The position numbers and the translations under genes are program-made. From Sphagnum compactum (lineage: Eukaryota): a DNA stretch of 64,000 nucleotides. Shown one piece after another: positions 11,932-26,000 of the stretch. Within the stretch, counting starts at the first letter, position 1, and every line of letters begins with the position of its first letter. The stretch is taken from NCBI GenBank assembly GCA_965153455.1, contig OZ234494.1, positions 6,014,001-6,078,000 of the forward strand. Direction: 5' to 3'. The notes beneath the pieces were generated by a model that saw only the letters and a list, made by a program, of their open reading frames with translations, made no database searches and had not been told where the DNA came from.

Positions 11932-13929
11932 AGCTGTTATGGTGACATATCTTAATTCAAGTACCCAGCTAGGCTGAGGCACGTGCAGACTTGTATGAAG
12001 TTAGTTGCTAAAGTATTACCTTCTTGGAAGCAAGTCAGCAGAACAGCATGTACTTACAGAGCAAGTTGTAAGCGTGGCTTGTGGGGAATGTGGGGGGAAT
12101 TACCTCATTTGCGAGGTGTGGACTTTTCCATAAGGGTTTGGACAATGGGAGCATGCCAGCATAGTTGAAGGACAACTATCTCAGGCTGACTGGTGGTGAA
12201 TGCACACAACGGAGATCAGTACTGACAGTTTCGGTAGTTTGGTTGTCCTGAGAGTGCTCCTGGTCAGATTTTTGTGAGGTGAGGATGTTGAATATACTGT
12301 GTTGACCCTCTCAATGAGAGTGTTGCAAATTTCCAAGAAGCTGAAATCTGTTTTCCAGACTCTGGATAATCATTCTTAATGGAGAATGGTGTGTGCCTTT
12401 CAAGGTAGAGAACTCACAGGCAGTTGTTTTTCTCAACTCCTAGACTGTCCAGAGTCCTCCACAAGGAAGGTGTATTGGCAAGATGTACACAATTGAGGAG
12501 CTGTTGTAGTGATGGTGTCTATCCTGCTAGTGTTGTTCATGGATATGTTTGACCAAATTTAACCATGAAATTGTAGAGTTGATCACCACTGTCTTGATAC
12601 TCTTTGATAATATCTGTATTATCAGGGGAGGTCTTTTCCCCAATTGAAAGTAGCTTTACTGGCCAAGAAACAATACAGTTCATGGAAGAAGGGCAAGTTT
12701 CAGAAAACCCTTTTGGCATAATTCTGACATGGTCTTTCTATGTACTAATCTGTGAAAGCTTGCTTACTTCCTTGGGTCACTGGAAATGTCCTTGGATCTG
12801 AATTCCTGCAGATCCTCACCTATAATTGGTGAATTTTATATTGTAGACCGTGACTGAGGCTTTGGCCTTGTGTCCTCTGCAATATTCTAGTCTCTTGTTT
12901 GGGCATTCTGTTCTTGTACTGATATTCAAGTTGCCCACAATGCATCCAGTAGTACTTCATGTACCACCACCCATCTGGTCAGGCATACAAGACATTGATA
13001 TGATGGCCAAGTTGAACAGAGGAGAAGAGCAGACCACTACAGAGGAGTGGGGAGGGTGCTATTTGCAGGCTGCGCTTGGAGTGCAGACCTGAGTAAACCT
13101 TGGCCATGTTGAAGAGAAGAGTGTTACAGACCAGGACAGACAGAAGGGGACAATGGCAAAGCATCTGGAGGAAAGATGTGGTGCACAAACTGTGCTTCTG
13201 AATGTGCCAATCCCACACAATAAGGTGCATGAATCAGCCCAATGCCCAAATTTTGTTGGCTCTGCCCCTCACAGGGAGAGACTATGGAAATGGTGGCTAC
13301 TTCATTTGGTCCGTCTGACACATTGTTCAAGTTATTAAATTTCTAAAATAATTATGAATAATTCTCAAAATTGAACATAAAATATGAGGAAGACAATTTG
13401 ATAAGAGGAGGGGTAAGATGGGATTTTGAGAGTTTTGATTGTGTTTTTTCCAATGTTGGACAATTTTAAAATTAAGGATAGATAAATCTCAAAAAATCGG
13501 GGAATTTGTGGTTGTGAAAAAATTCAAAGATTTGTTTAAATTGATTTTTTCTCCTTTCCATTTAATAATCCATACATTCACAATTTAGATCCTTTATTTG
13601 AATCTTATTATCATTATATTTTAATAACCTAATATCATTGCATAATCTATTCATCCCATCCACCTCAAAACCCCATTTTTTTTTCAAAAGAAAAAAAAAG
13701 ACCTTCATTGGTTCTATGGAAAACATATAAAACAAAATTTTAATGCCCAAATTTAATTTAGAATATTGCCATGGGTAGGAACAAATGAGACCACAAGTTC
13801 AAGTTCACTAAATTTTTTTGGAAAAACCCTTAAAATTCCTAAAAACAAAGTTGAAAATCCTTGAACTCCATCAAAACAAATCTTAAAACCCCCAAATTTT
13901 AAAACAATGCCCCAACATTATTTCCCCCA

Positions 13930-14900
13930 TGTCAAGACCAAAATGACAAGAAAAAAATTGAAGATTCCGAAATTTCAAAATACGAAATAGAAAACTTTCA
14001 AAATTCATATGAAGAAAGACACATACCTTGTTTCCTCGCTCGCTTGTGAAAACTTCACACAAAAAATTTGAAGAACCCCAAAATGACAAGAAGAAATTGA
14101 AAACTTTGCAACTTCAAATTATCAAAACAAAAGACCTTCGAAGTTTCCAAAAGAAAATCAATACCCTATTTCCCCCCTTGTGAAACTTCACAAGAAAAAA
14201 TTAAAGACCCCCAAAATGACAAGAGAAAAATACAAAAACAAAAACCTTTCAAAGTTCACATGAAGAAGAAAGGCACATACCTCATTTCCTCACTTGTGAA
14301 ACTTCACACAAAAACATTTGAAGGCCCCCAAACTGACAAGAAGAAAATTCAAAATTACAAAAATTCAAAATACGAAAACAAAAAACTTTCAAAGTTCACA
14401 AGAAGAAAGGCAAATACCCCCCTCTCCCCCCTTGCGAAACTTCACAAATTTTTTTTTTGAAGACTCACAAAATGACAAGAAGAAAAATTGAAAATTACGG
14501 AACTTCAAAATAGTAAAACAAAAAACTCTCAAAATCCACAAGAGCAAACCACCCCCCCCAACCCCCCCTTTACATGAAAAAAGGAAATGAGAACCCCCAA
14601 AATGACAAGAAGAAAATTAAAGATCTCAAACTTTAAAAAAACAAAAATCCCCCAAAGTTCACAAAATGAATTTTTTTTTTGAAAACAAAGATCACAGTAA
14701 AAACCAATGGTTAGAACCATCACAAGGAAGACAAAAGGAAAGGTTAAAATGAAATTCAAAAACCCCATCCCCCCCCCCCCCCCCTCTGAAAAATAAAATG
14801 AAGACCCCCAAAATGAGAAGAAAATAATTGAAAACTCCCCAACTTCAAAAAAAACAAAACTAAAAATTGGGCATGTTCACAAGATCAAACCCTAAGACCC
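13930..14900. repeat. Degenerate tandem array (~120-140-bp unit, ~7 copies)
   Basis: Recurring gaagacccccaaaatgacaagaagaaaattgaa...ttcaaaatacgaaaacaaaaactttcaaagttcaca...cttgtgaaacttcaca. Confidence 0.85.
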
Positions 14901-17229
14901 CCAAACTTAACATTAAAAAAAAAACCCCCAAACTACCCAAAGTTGAAAAAATAAAATTAAAGACCCATTAATTGCCCAAAGTTTACGAAAACTTGAAGAA
15001 AACAAAATGGAGGACTCCAAATTTGATTAAAAAAATTTAAAGAACATCAAGCTCACTTTTTTTTTAAATTTAATTTAAAAAACCCTAAGTTCATTAAACA
15101 AAATTGTGAAGATTTAATGGAATAAAATATAAATAAATACACAATAATGTACTTGAAATAAAGTGGTTCATTAGTATACATTGAGAGAGCTTAAAAAGGA
15201 GCAAAAGTGAGGGTGTGGGTTCAAATCTCCAATGGGGGCTCATTTCAAATGACTTTTTTTTTCACCACTAATGGGGGATCACTTCAAGTGACATTTTATT
15301 TTTTTTCACTCCCAAGGGTTTTATTTCTTCACTTTTCTAGTCCATAGGTTTTGACTTTTCCCCCTTTCTAGTTGTTAGGGTCATCATTTAAGGTTTTTTG
15401 TTATTATGGCCGCCTAAGATTTTATAGGGTTTTATAGGGTGAATGCATAAGGTTCTTTTCATCGAATTGTATTTCGATCTACAATAATTAAGTAACTTTT
15501 GGTTGGAAATTATGACCCATTGAAAGATAATGGGTCTGAAATAAGGTTCATTCAATCTCTTTACAAACACATCTCTATGTTTTCAGTCTTGTTATGCTCA
15601 AGTAAAGTTCTTGTTTTGAAATCGTTAGACTTTGATTTGGTAAGGTCCAAATGGCAAAAAGAAATGAACATCTAGTTCTTCTAGTGGAAGACATTGATCA
15701 TATAGTTCACAATGTTGTTTTTGAATGTTTGGTTTTGAATGTTTATGGCAACTTATCAATTTCATCTACATCTCTTTCTAAATTTGTGGCTTTTTCATAT
15801 CTTCATGTAGATGTCACTGATATTGTGGGTACCACCACAACCACCATCAGCATTAGAGGAGGTTTGATCAAAACACATGTTAAGTTCATGAAAAAGGTTG
15901 TTTTTTACAACTAGAAAACTTCTCTATGAAGGCTAAAACAGATTATGACAAAGGAGATTCTGATTGGACGATTGAAATTTTACAGCCACAAAAATGACAA
16001 TCGTCCAACATTTGATCCTCTTGTGAAGTTGCATTTTTTGCCAAAAGACACAATTCATAGCTTTTCCTGTCGCATGCCCCAGCCCTTTGCTACAACCACC
16101 ATTGTTTTTGTTATTATTGGAATGCGTGGTGAGATTAATAGCAAGTTTGAACTACTGGTTGCTAACGGGAGCAATTTAAAAAACATTCAAATTGTAAGTT
16201 TTTGAAAATCAAGTTTTTAAAGAAACATTGTTTTTGGTTTCTTCCAACTTGAACTTATGTTGCATTTGTTTGGTTGTAAGTGAGTTTTGTTACTTCATTT
16301 CATGTTGAGTTCCACAATTTGATAAAACAATTTCAGAAAGGAATACCTACATTTTGCATCATGAAAAATATTGTTTATAGCAGGGCAATGTGTATATGCT
16401 CACCATCGTTTCATCCATCATTGTCCCAATGCTACCAACTTCATTGCAAAAAACATTGAAAGAGGTGTTCAATTTCCATATCAAACCTAATTATGCCATA
16501 ACCCGCAAGGTTAGTCTCATTTTATTCTCTTTCATTGTACTTTAATATGTTAGAATTGATTTATTTTAATTTGTTACAATTTGTTTACATTCTGATCTAA
16601 TTTGATCTAAAATATTCAACTTTTTGATCTAAGATATTCAACTTTTTGATCTAAGATATTCGACTTTCTGATTTAACATACTCAACTTTCTAACACCTGA
16701 TTTTTTAAATTAGGTTGATGGGTGTTTGATGGTCACAAATCCTTCTATTCTGCCCTATAAATGAGTTTGCTCCAAATGCAAACTTAGTGATATTTACCGA
16801 CATCCCTTTAACAAGTTGTATTTCTACAATTTGTGTAAAGTTGCTGCACCCATGTCAAAACTCCTTGGTTTTTTCCCTTTTTCAAGCTCCAATAAAAGAT
16901 TTTTATGGCAAATTATTTTAATGAAAGAGTGTCTATGATTGAGTTCTTTGGAAATTTGAATGTTTTTGGTACTTTCCACTTGAGTCCAATTGGGGAACTT
17001 GTTGGATACAATGAGAAATTCCAACCTCAAGAAGTTGTAGAGGTTGTTAGAGAAATTGTTGGAGATTCTTCTTGTGCTTGAATTTTTGGGATTTTGCTTT
17101 CATCGAGATATTTTGTATTTTGTATGTAGTTCATTGTTTTTGTATGTAGATAGGTCTTTACTACATATTGTAAGGCCACACCTTTAAAGTTTCAATATGA
17201 TCATATTTTTTCCTTATTGCTGATTTAAA

Positions 17230-20060
17230 TAGTAAAAAATTAGGACTTAACATTCCTTTTGATAAATTAGAACCCAAACATGTTGTAGATCTTATACGAT
17301 GTGATCCTATTACACGTGCATGATATTATGATCATCGTATGAGATATTTTCATACATTGTGTATGAAAGTAATTCCATTTTGGGGCATTTATTAGATTTT
17401 TTCTTTATTATAGAATTTCAAAGTTGTGAAAATCAACATGACCATGGACTTTGATGGGTTGCAAATGCACCAATTTATGGTTTGGATTCAAACAATGTAA
17501 TTGAAAACTTTGTGGACAAATGTATATCATGTGATAATAATAAATTAGCACCCAATCTTCGTGAAGCTCAAACACATCGTCACAAAAAAACTTGTAGGAA
17601 GAAAAATCAAAGCCATTTGTTGATTTAATTTTCCTCCTATGGGAAAAACACAAATTCTTGAACCATTCCCAATGGAGTTTTTAACCCCTTCAAAAAGGGT
17701 TCATTTAGATGGAATTAACAAAAAAAAATTTGAGGAACTTAATAAAATTGATTTACAAACAACATTTATGTCATTTAACGCATTATTAAAATTACTTTCT
17801 ATAGATAAAAAGACATACATAAATGTATTATGAGTAAAAATTTTAAAACCAACAAATTTTTTACAAAGATTATGTAAAGACATACGAACAAATCCCTTTG
17901 GTATTCATGTTGGAAATCTTTGGCAAGCAAACACAGATGTTCAATTCTTACTTGACCCTTATGGTGTTGTTAGTTATTGCACATTTTATTTAACAAAAAT
18001 AGATAAAACAATGACAAAAGAGTTGAAAAATATTTTTATTAGTTGTAATGAAAACAAAATTAAAGCACATACTCACATTCGAAAGATGGGAAATGTTTTG
18101 TAATGTTCAACAAATGTTAACACAACTAGCTATGTATATTGTGTTGTCTATACCATTATACCATGCATCTAAAACATTTAAATTCATTAACACATCCCCA
18201 TTACAAGAACATGCATTTGTATTGAAAAATGTTGCATCATTAAAAACATGGCATATATTAGAAAAGTAGCATTTAACATTGATGGAACTACAATTCATTC
18301 AAGTCTTTCTATACCATTTAATTGTAAAGATTTACCATCATTAAGTTTAGATTAATTAGATAATTTAATTAAAAAATATGACCAATTACAATTAATAGTA
18401 CTAGATGAAATTTCATTAATAGGGAAATAACATTAAAATTTATTGATATTTGATTAAGATCAATCAAACGTATTCACACCAAATTCTTTGGAAATCTTGA
18501 TGTAATTATCACTAGGGACTTTTATCAAATTTAGCTAGTTTGTGATGTAGGTGTTTTCAAAATTAATGCAATTAACATTGATAGTTTAATTCCAAATTTT
18601 GGATGGAAAAAATTAAATGTTATGAATTGAAACAAGTCATGCGCCAAAGTGATGAATAATTCATTAACATCTTAAACCAATTTTGAACTGCTACACAATT
18701 GCAATCAAATGTGGATACCATTAATATTGAATTTTTTCGTACACTGCCAAATGATCCAAAATTTCCATATTTATTTTACATGAATACAACAAATCAAAAA
18801 CATAATGAATCAACTTTCCTTTGAAATGAAGGGGGTGTATTCATATTGCGTGCACAAGATAGACATCATGATACATGTCCTCAATCATTTCAATTACAAA
18901 ATGATGCAAACTTCACAGCAGGACTACACTTAGAAGTTCAAATAAAGAAAAATATGTTGGTTGAACTTTGTGTTGGAAATTATGCAACACATGATGGTTT
19001 TGTAAATGGTGCAGATGGAATATTTCAAGGATCAACTAAAGTATTCAATTCACAAGAAGTCATATGGATATTATTTAATAATCCCAAATGTGGTCAACTC
19101 ACAAGAGTAAAGAATGTATGAACATGAATACATTCTACATGGACACCAATAGAACCCATATCCAAAGATATTCAAATGGGTTCAAATTCTTCTTACATTG
19201 TAACAAGAACACAATTTCCCATTCAATTGTCTACAACATGCACTATACATTGAGCACAAGGATTAACATTTGATTATTTAACATATGATTAATGTTTATA
19301 AACATGGTTTGAAATATATAGCACTTTCTCATGTTGGAAAAAAAGAATTTTTTTACCTTTACAACCTTTGTGGATGAATTTTTTTCAAATTGATCGAAGT
19401 GTTGCCATGGAGATGTGTCGTTTGCAAACCATTGCACGATGGGATGTACTTGTCCCCAAACCACATACATTTTGTGATTCACATGTACTAATTTATTTTC
19501 TCAATACTAAATCATTGCTTTTACATAAAAATTATGTTTTTTCAGATTACAATCTCAAAACAATTCACACATTGTGAATCAATGAAACACATTTCAACAC
19601 ATTAATGTTTAATAATACATCTTTGAACATTGATACAAGAACACGTTCAATGATTGGTGTAAATGGTCGAAATGGTGCAGTGATTATATATGACAATTTC
19701 ACAACCTTAGCATCACATGAAACTTTTACATCTTTAGGGGTTGAATATATTGCAGCAATATTCAATGCAAATACAAGAAAGGTTATTCGTATAATATCAA
19801 TTCACCTTCAAAAGTTTTTGGATCTAATGCCAATTTCTTGTCCCACCATAATAATTGGCAATTTCAATATTAACATGTTTGATCAAAACTCAACACAACC
19901 AAATGAACTCCAAAGTTTTATGGACCAATGGAACTTCAATTTTAAGAAATTACAACAGTTTATGGATCCCATATTGATCACATATGGACAAATGCACCTA
20001 CTCAACAATGCATGTCGTGAATTGTTGAAGCTAGACTGACCATAAACCAATATATTTTGC
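17230..20060 (+). mobile_element. Degenerate Helitron/Helentron: Rep (HUH) + PIF1-like helicase + APE-type endonuclease
   Basis: Rep: IIEFQSCENQHDHGL*WVANAP, QTHRHKKTCRKK..C.FNFP, WQANTDVQFLLDPYGVVSYCTFYLTK (17400-18000). Helicase: LIVLDEISLIG, FFGNLDVIITRDFYQ, ELKQVMRQSD, GFVNGADG, RTQFPIQL..CTIH*AQGLT, YIALSHV (18390-19340). APE-like: FLNTKSL, NETHF, IIIGNFNINM, IDHIW (19490-20000). Many stops and frameshifts; element ends not resolved. Confidence 0.85.
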
Positions 20061-21862
20061 ATTCAAACTCCCAAATTACATCCCACAATACCATCACATA
20101 GGTAAAAAACAAATTTTCTCTAAAAGATATTGACAATAATAATAAGACAAAAAGAATTATGAAAGGATAATGACCTACATATCGCACTTCATATAACACT
20201 TGCAATAATATTCTCGAATGTTAGGGCAGAGACATTACACAATTAACAACTTGTTATTTTTGCCACGTGGTTTGCTAGAGTGTCACAAAAACATGTATTT
20301 TGTTTTACCCAAAGGAACAGGTAGGTATGTATTTGCCATCTTTTCCCACCATAGGAAGAAGTGTAAACATTTGGGAAACATGATAATTCTGAAACTTCGG
20401 AAACTCTTTACAACTTATGAAACTCGAAGCATGTTTCTTACAATTTGAGTTCTCATTTGAACAAGTGTACTGAGTTGTATTCCATTCTGGTACTTGTGCA
20501 CACAGAAATACCATCCAGAAATTTGTTTCATAGGGTGAAACCTCTCCTCAGCTCCGGCTCTTTTGGCAAACTTGATATACAAAAAGGTACAACACAAAGG
20601 TCAAGTATATAGGTGGAGAGAATTGTAGCCCTAATTTATGACCCTAATTTTTGGTTTAAGCACATTTCTAAGAGTCAGAGTTATCACAAAACCTAACAAA
20701 TGAAAAGTATGAAGACTTTTGCAATAACATCAGGTTTACACTGGGGTTAGGAGTATGTAGTATTTGTACATGTAGAGGTGTATTGCTTGGGGGTGGGGGT
20801 ATGTGTTGATTATTTATTATACATGTATTGGTTAAGTATACTTCAAATTGGGTCGAACTGCCGTGACCCATTGGACCTTGAGTTGGACCTTGCATTGGAC
20901 TCTAGCTTGCATCTTGGTTGTCATGAGCTCTCCTTTGTAGCTCTTTCTTTTTGGGTGTGAACCGATCGCTTTTCCCTCCAAAGTTGTGTCATGTATGTAT
21001 GTAGGTTTAGCCTCAATTTGCCACTTTTTGGTCTTGGACCCTCATCTAAAGGCCATCATCATGGGTTCAATTTATGGCTCTCCTCCACTAGGATTAATCT
21101 AGTTCATTGAACCTTGGACCCTCGTCTAAAGTGGCACTTTGTAGCCATATTTTTTAAGGCACGAAAAATATTAATGAACTTGGAGGTACCTTCACCTTCT
21201 CGAGTTGAGGCTTCATTGTTTTCATTTTCTAAAGTGGGAAATGTTTAATTTGAACCTTTTTGAGCCTTGAGGTGGTGATTTTTGCTCTTAGGATAGGCGA
21301 TTTAGCAATGTTTAGAAGCAACCAAAAACATGGTTTGGGGCTTTTTTTTTTTTTTTTTTCCTTAAAACCATGGTACCAGTTTTACTTGCTGGTTTGCCCA
21401 AAGCCCCAAGTTCAAACCAACAACAGTTTTTTCTTTAATAAAATAAAATAAAATAAAATAAGAAATGTTCCACGAAGTTTCCCAAAAATAGAAACTCATC
21501 AATTACTCAATTCACACTTAGTGAACATTCCTCAAGAATGTGTGGGAAAACCAAATGAAAACCAATTTTGTTGGAGATTAAGTTCCCTTGAGCCAATCGG
21601 TAGAAATCGGAGCAAATTTGATTGGCTAATTTTTAAAAAAATTGGTGAAGCTTTCTGGAGGTGATTTTCTTTTGGCTGTTTTTCTTGGCTAAATTGGGTG
21701 AGTAGACAAGGGATCTAGTCTTGTTAAACCCTAATAACCTATATCCTTTTCTTAATAATTAATTAAAAATTGGGTGAAGCTGAAATTTTTTGGGTTAATT
21801 ATCAATTTATTTCAGCTAAGTTTTGGGTGTGCAAACAAGACATGCCATAGTAAAGCAAGGGG

Positions 21863-21898
<36 letters not shown>

Positions 21899-22522
21899 TA
21901 GGGAGGGAAAGAATTTGTTGGGTGTCAGGCAAATGAACTGATATTTGAATGTTTCTAGGGTAAAGCAAAATATCTCTGAGCTGCAGCAGCATGTGCAACA
22001 GAGCACCTATTCTCTTTGTATGTCCCCTAATAGTAATGTATTTTATTGCACTTGTCAGAGTTTAGTATGGCCCTCTTCCAAAAATGCCATTCTTGTGGAG
22101 GGAGGGAGGGAGGCAGGGAGGGAGCCTGGAGGCAGGGAAGGAAGGAAGGAAGGAGGGGGGTAAATTGTAAATGTAAACAAAATTCCTGACTATTGTTTGT
22201 TTGTAGTGTAACTAGGGGGCAAATAGGTGAAGAAGGTTCATTTTGAAGTGGGTGCAGAAATATTTATTTAATTAATTAATTAGTGGTCCTTTTTTTTTCA
22301 TTTTTCTTTCCTGTCTTTAAGATATATAGATCATAAGCAGAGAGTTTGAATGAAGAGAGAATTTTACATTGCTTATTAGAGGCTGATCAACTGACTAATT
22401 GATATAATCCATAGGTTTAGAAGAGAGAGAGAAACTGAAAAAATGGATTATAATTTTTTTATAAAATTCTTCAAATCCACCTGTTGTCCAAATTCTATGA
22501 TTTTCATTTTTTGATATATGAT

Positions 22523-23068
22523 TGTTAATGCTACAATTTGGCAGGTGGTAATTTTTATTTCTCATAAATAAATTATCTACCTCTATATCACTACTAGGTT
22601 TTTGTCCTACTCCATTAGAATGAGTACCATGTAAACATTCTAACTAGAACAACATTCAATTCATTTTAAATCTAGAGATACATTCAAATGATTCCACATA
22701 TAATATTCAAGCACCAAAGAGAGAACATCTTTTATATCTCCATAAACCATAAAGCTCTACAATGTTTTGCTCCCTTCCTTTCTCTTATAATTCCCTTGCT
22801 TCCTCTCTCTTAGTAGAACAACAATACCATACTCATAATAAGCATTTGAACCTCTTGCAAGTCAATTGAAATGTCCTTTCATACTTCCCACAAAACGATT
22901 ATAAGTGTCTAAATGTTTAGCAAATCAACTACATTGTGTTGACATAGCAATCTGCTGCCATACCGATTTGCTTATTCTATCATACCAATTTGTTTACTTT
23001 GTCATCTCAACTTGTCTATATCTAGTGACTTGTCCATATGTTTATTGTTCTATCTCCATTTCCTAACA
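22523..23068 (-). repeat. 3' LTR of the gypsy element
   Basis: tgttaatg...tcctaaca, followed by ttattcccttctt, which is a polypurine tract on the minus strand (23069-23081). Confidence 0.9.
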
Positions 23069-26000
23069 TTATTCCCTTCTTAACTGTTGTAGTGTCCCCA
23101 CATAGTAGCTAAGCTCCTAGACCTGGCTAGGATGTCCACTATTCTTAGTATAAAACACCATTTGAGTAGGAGTAAGATAGTTGTCTATCTCACTATCAAA
23201 AGATTATGCTCCATCCTTTGTTGTTGCAATTTGCTCACCCCTCACACATTGATTAATTCGATTAGGCTTCACCAAGTGAGGAAGACGTTGTTGGTAGTGC
23301 GCAATCTTGCCAATGTGTGGCTACTTTGTGAATTTATCCACCAAATGTTGAGTGCATTGTATGGTTGCTGGCAAGTACAATGCGTCCTAACCCATATGTG
23401 CATATGCTACTTGAAACTTTGTAAACTCATAGCTTACCCTCCATGAGATTGCTTCCATCGCACAATCCCCCAAGTCGGCGAGGCAAACGAGTTTTGGTAG
23501 TGATCCATTAGTTGCTTCCATTGCTTAGGGTCAACATGAACTCAACTTACCACATGATATGGGATAGTCTCCATTCTCGTCATGGCAAAGGTCGGTCTGC
23601 TGGAGACAACAATCTAATGTCGGTGGTAATACTCCTGATAGGCATACTTTAACCTACATTAGTACCTTAAAGCATAGAGCCCCAAACAACCCACTTCGAA
23701 CTTTAACATTCCATATCCTCTTGGCTGATGGTACTAACTGTAACAACATATTATGATGTAAACTAAAAATTGTCTCCATTCCAAATCCTCTACAATCCAC
23801 ATTGCTAGGAATTGCTTCTCAATGATGTGGCCTCCTAGTACTAGCAATGCTACCCCTACTCTCAAACAAATCTAAAAATGATGTAGCATACAGTATGTTT
23901 CTAGATTTGGTAGCAATGGCAAAACATCTCTAACTTTAACATCATATGTACCATATCGCTCTTGGAATACGGCTTGACACTTGCCTTTTCTACCAAGGTT
24001 GGATGTTTGACTCTAAGAGCAAGAACTCCATAAATCATCTTCCTCATTCTGGTTTCTACCCACTCCCCATCCATGCTAGTAGCTTGATCCTTGTTTTTCA
24101 CCTTTGTTTTTTTGCTTTGACTTTGCATGTAGGATCTACTACCTCTTGTTTCTTTATCAACTTCCCAATAGGCGTTGTTTCATCCTCCTCCTCTTTTGAC
24201 AAAGAAACTTGTTTTGCCTCTTTCTAAGTTGCTTCCTCACTGACCACCTCTTCTTCCTCTTTATCTTCCAACTGCTAGATACGTTCATGAGCAACATCGA
24301 TAACATTTGTATACTTTCTTGTTTGCTCGAAGTGCCACCTCTTGAACTTTGTTCTGGCTTCGTTTAAGAGTTCACCCATTTCTATCGGAAGTTGTTCGAT
24401 AAGTTCATCATACAATGTTGCCTTGGTTTTATTTTCAATTTCCACACTTTTCCAATCATTAGCGGTTTGCAAGGTAAATAACTATACTTTGTTTTGCGCC
24501 ACTTATAACTCCTTCCATAACATCTTCTCCTTTGCCACTATAATCTTCTGATCCTTGTGATGATTTTCATGAGCATTCTCCACAGCTGCTTGAATTCACT
24601 AAGTACTTAATTCCTCTTCTTGCTGGTGTAGAACCTCTTCCATTCCCTTCAACTCTTCATACATGTTGAGTTGTTCATTTCTGAGTGTTTTAATTTCCTT
24701 ATTTCTAAAGTCGATTTTTACATCAAACTTTGTAATAATTTCTTAGCAGTGTTTCAATCCCTCCTTCTTCTGTTTCTGTAGCTTCCTTCACCTCTAGTTG
24801 CTTCAAAACTAGTTTCTTTTGGGTGTGTGACTTCATGGGTTGCTGGTGTAGTTATTTGATCTTCTTCTCTATTTCTTTCAACAACCTTTCATGGTTCGAC
24901 TTGTCTTGTGTTGGCTGAGTTTCAAGATGGATGTTCCTTTACTATACCCCTACCAAAACTTCACTCGTCTCCTTTTTCTCATTCTCCAAAGTAGTAACTC
25001 TTGCCTTCAGCTAACACATTTCTTCTTTTGAAATGTTTTGGCTTTCTTCATAAAATGTTTTCTCCACTTGGTTTGCCAATTGCTTCTGCATTTCCTCCAA
25101 TTGGTTTGCCATCCTCTCATTTTCCTTTTGCAACTCTTGAACTTCCCCATTCTTTTTCTTGATCCTCTATGCCAACATCTCTAATTGCTAAGTCATGGCA
25201 TCCAAATCTCCATTGGTGGATGCACCACTCTCCATCACCACCAACTGCTTTGCCATATCATTAACAACTTATTGCCATTGCTGATCCATCACTACTAATG
25301 TTCATGTATGCAGTTCTTCTTCCATTTGCTGCACTTATCCTTCTTGTTGGCTTTTCCTTATCAGTTCATCTTTTTAAAATTACTTTAACAACTCCTTTTC
25401 CAATTATTAATGAAATGGTTTTTTTACTACAATGATATCCACCTCATCATCTTCTAGGTATTGAGATATGTGATCCTCTTCTAGAATAATCACCTCCTCA
25501 CTAATGACCTCATGTACTTTCTCCTTCTCCATATTCGTATCTATTAGAACATTTGGCATACCTTCTTTTTCTAACCAATTGTGTTTCTACTTATTCTACA
25601 ATGGGGACTAAGGGTTTTGCCACTACTTCACTAGGTATTTGAACATGCTTCCCTCTAATCCCACTCAAAATGCTTGAAGCTTTAGTAACCTCACTAGGAT
25701 TCCCCTTTTACACTAGAGATACCCCTATGATCTCCTTACCTGTGGTTATAACCGGTTTGCTCTTCTTCTTCTTCTTCTCAGTAGCATTTTTGCATTAACA
25801 TCCACAACCATCTTCTCCTTCTTGTTTTGGATTTTTTTCCTGGTCCCAATAGATTCTTCTTTTTTTGACTTCCACTGCTTCAAGTAATGATGACCAATAA
25901 TGGTCAGAGTTAATCCAGCTAAGGTATTTCCAATTTTTCTTGCTTTGCACTGAATTGCAATGATCTCATTTTGTGACTTCTATGAAAACCAAATAGCCCA

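Noticed and set aside
13930-14900. Repeat arrays here and at 50900-51135 as possible CRISPR arrays
   Set aside because: The context is eukaryotic, the units are degenerate without unique spacers, and there are no cas genes.
15163-15230. tRNA gene
   Set aside because: A/B-box-like motifs are present but no cloverleaf can be formed; kept only as a SINE-like hint.
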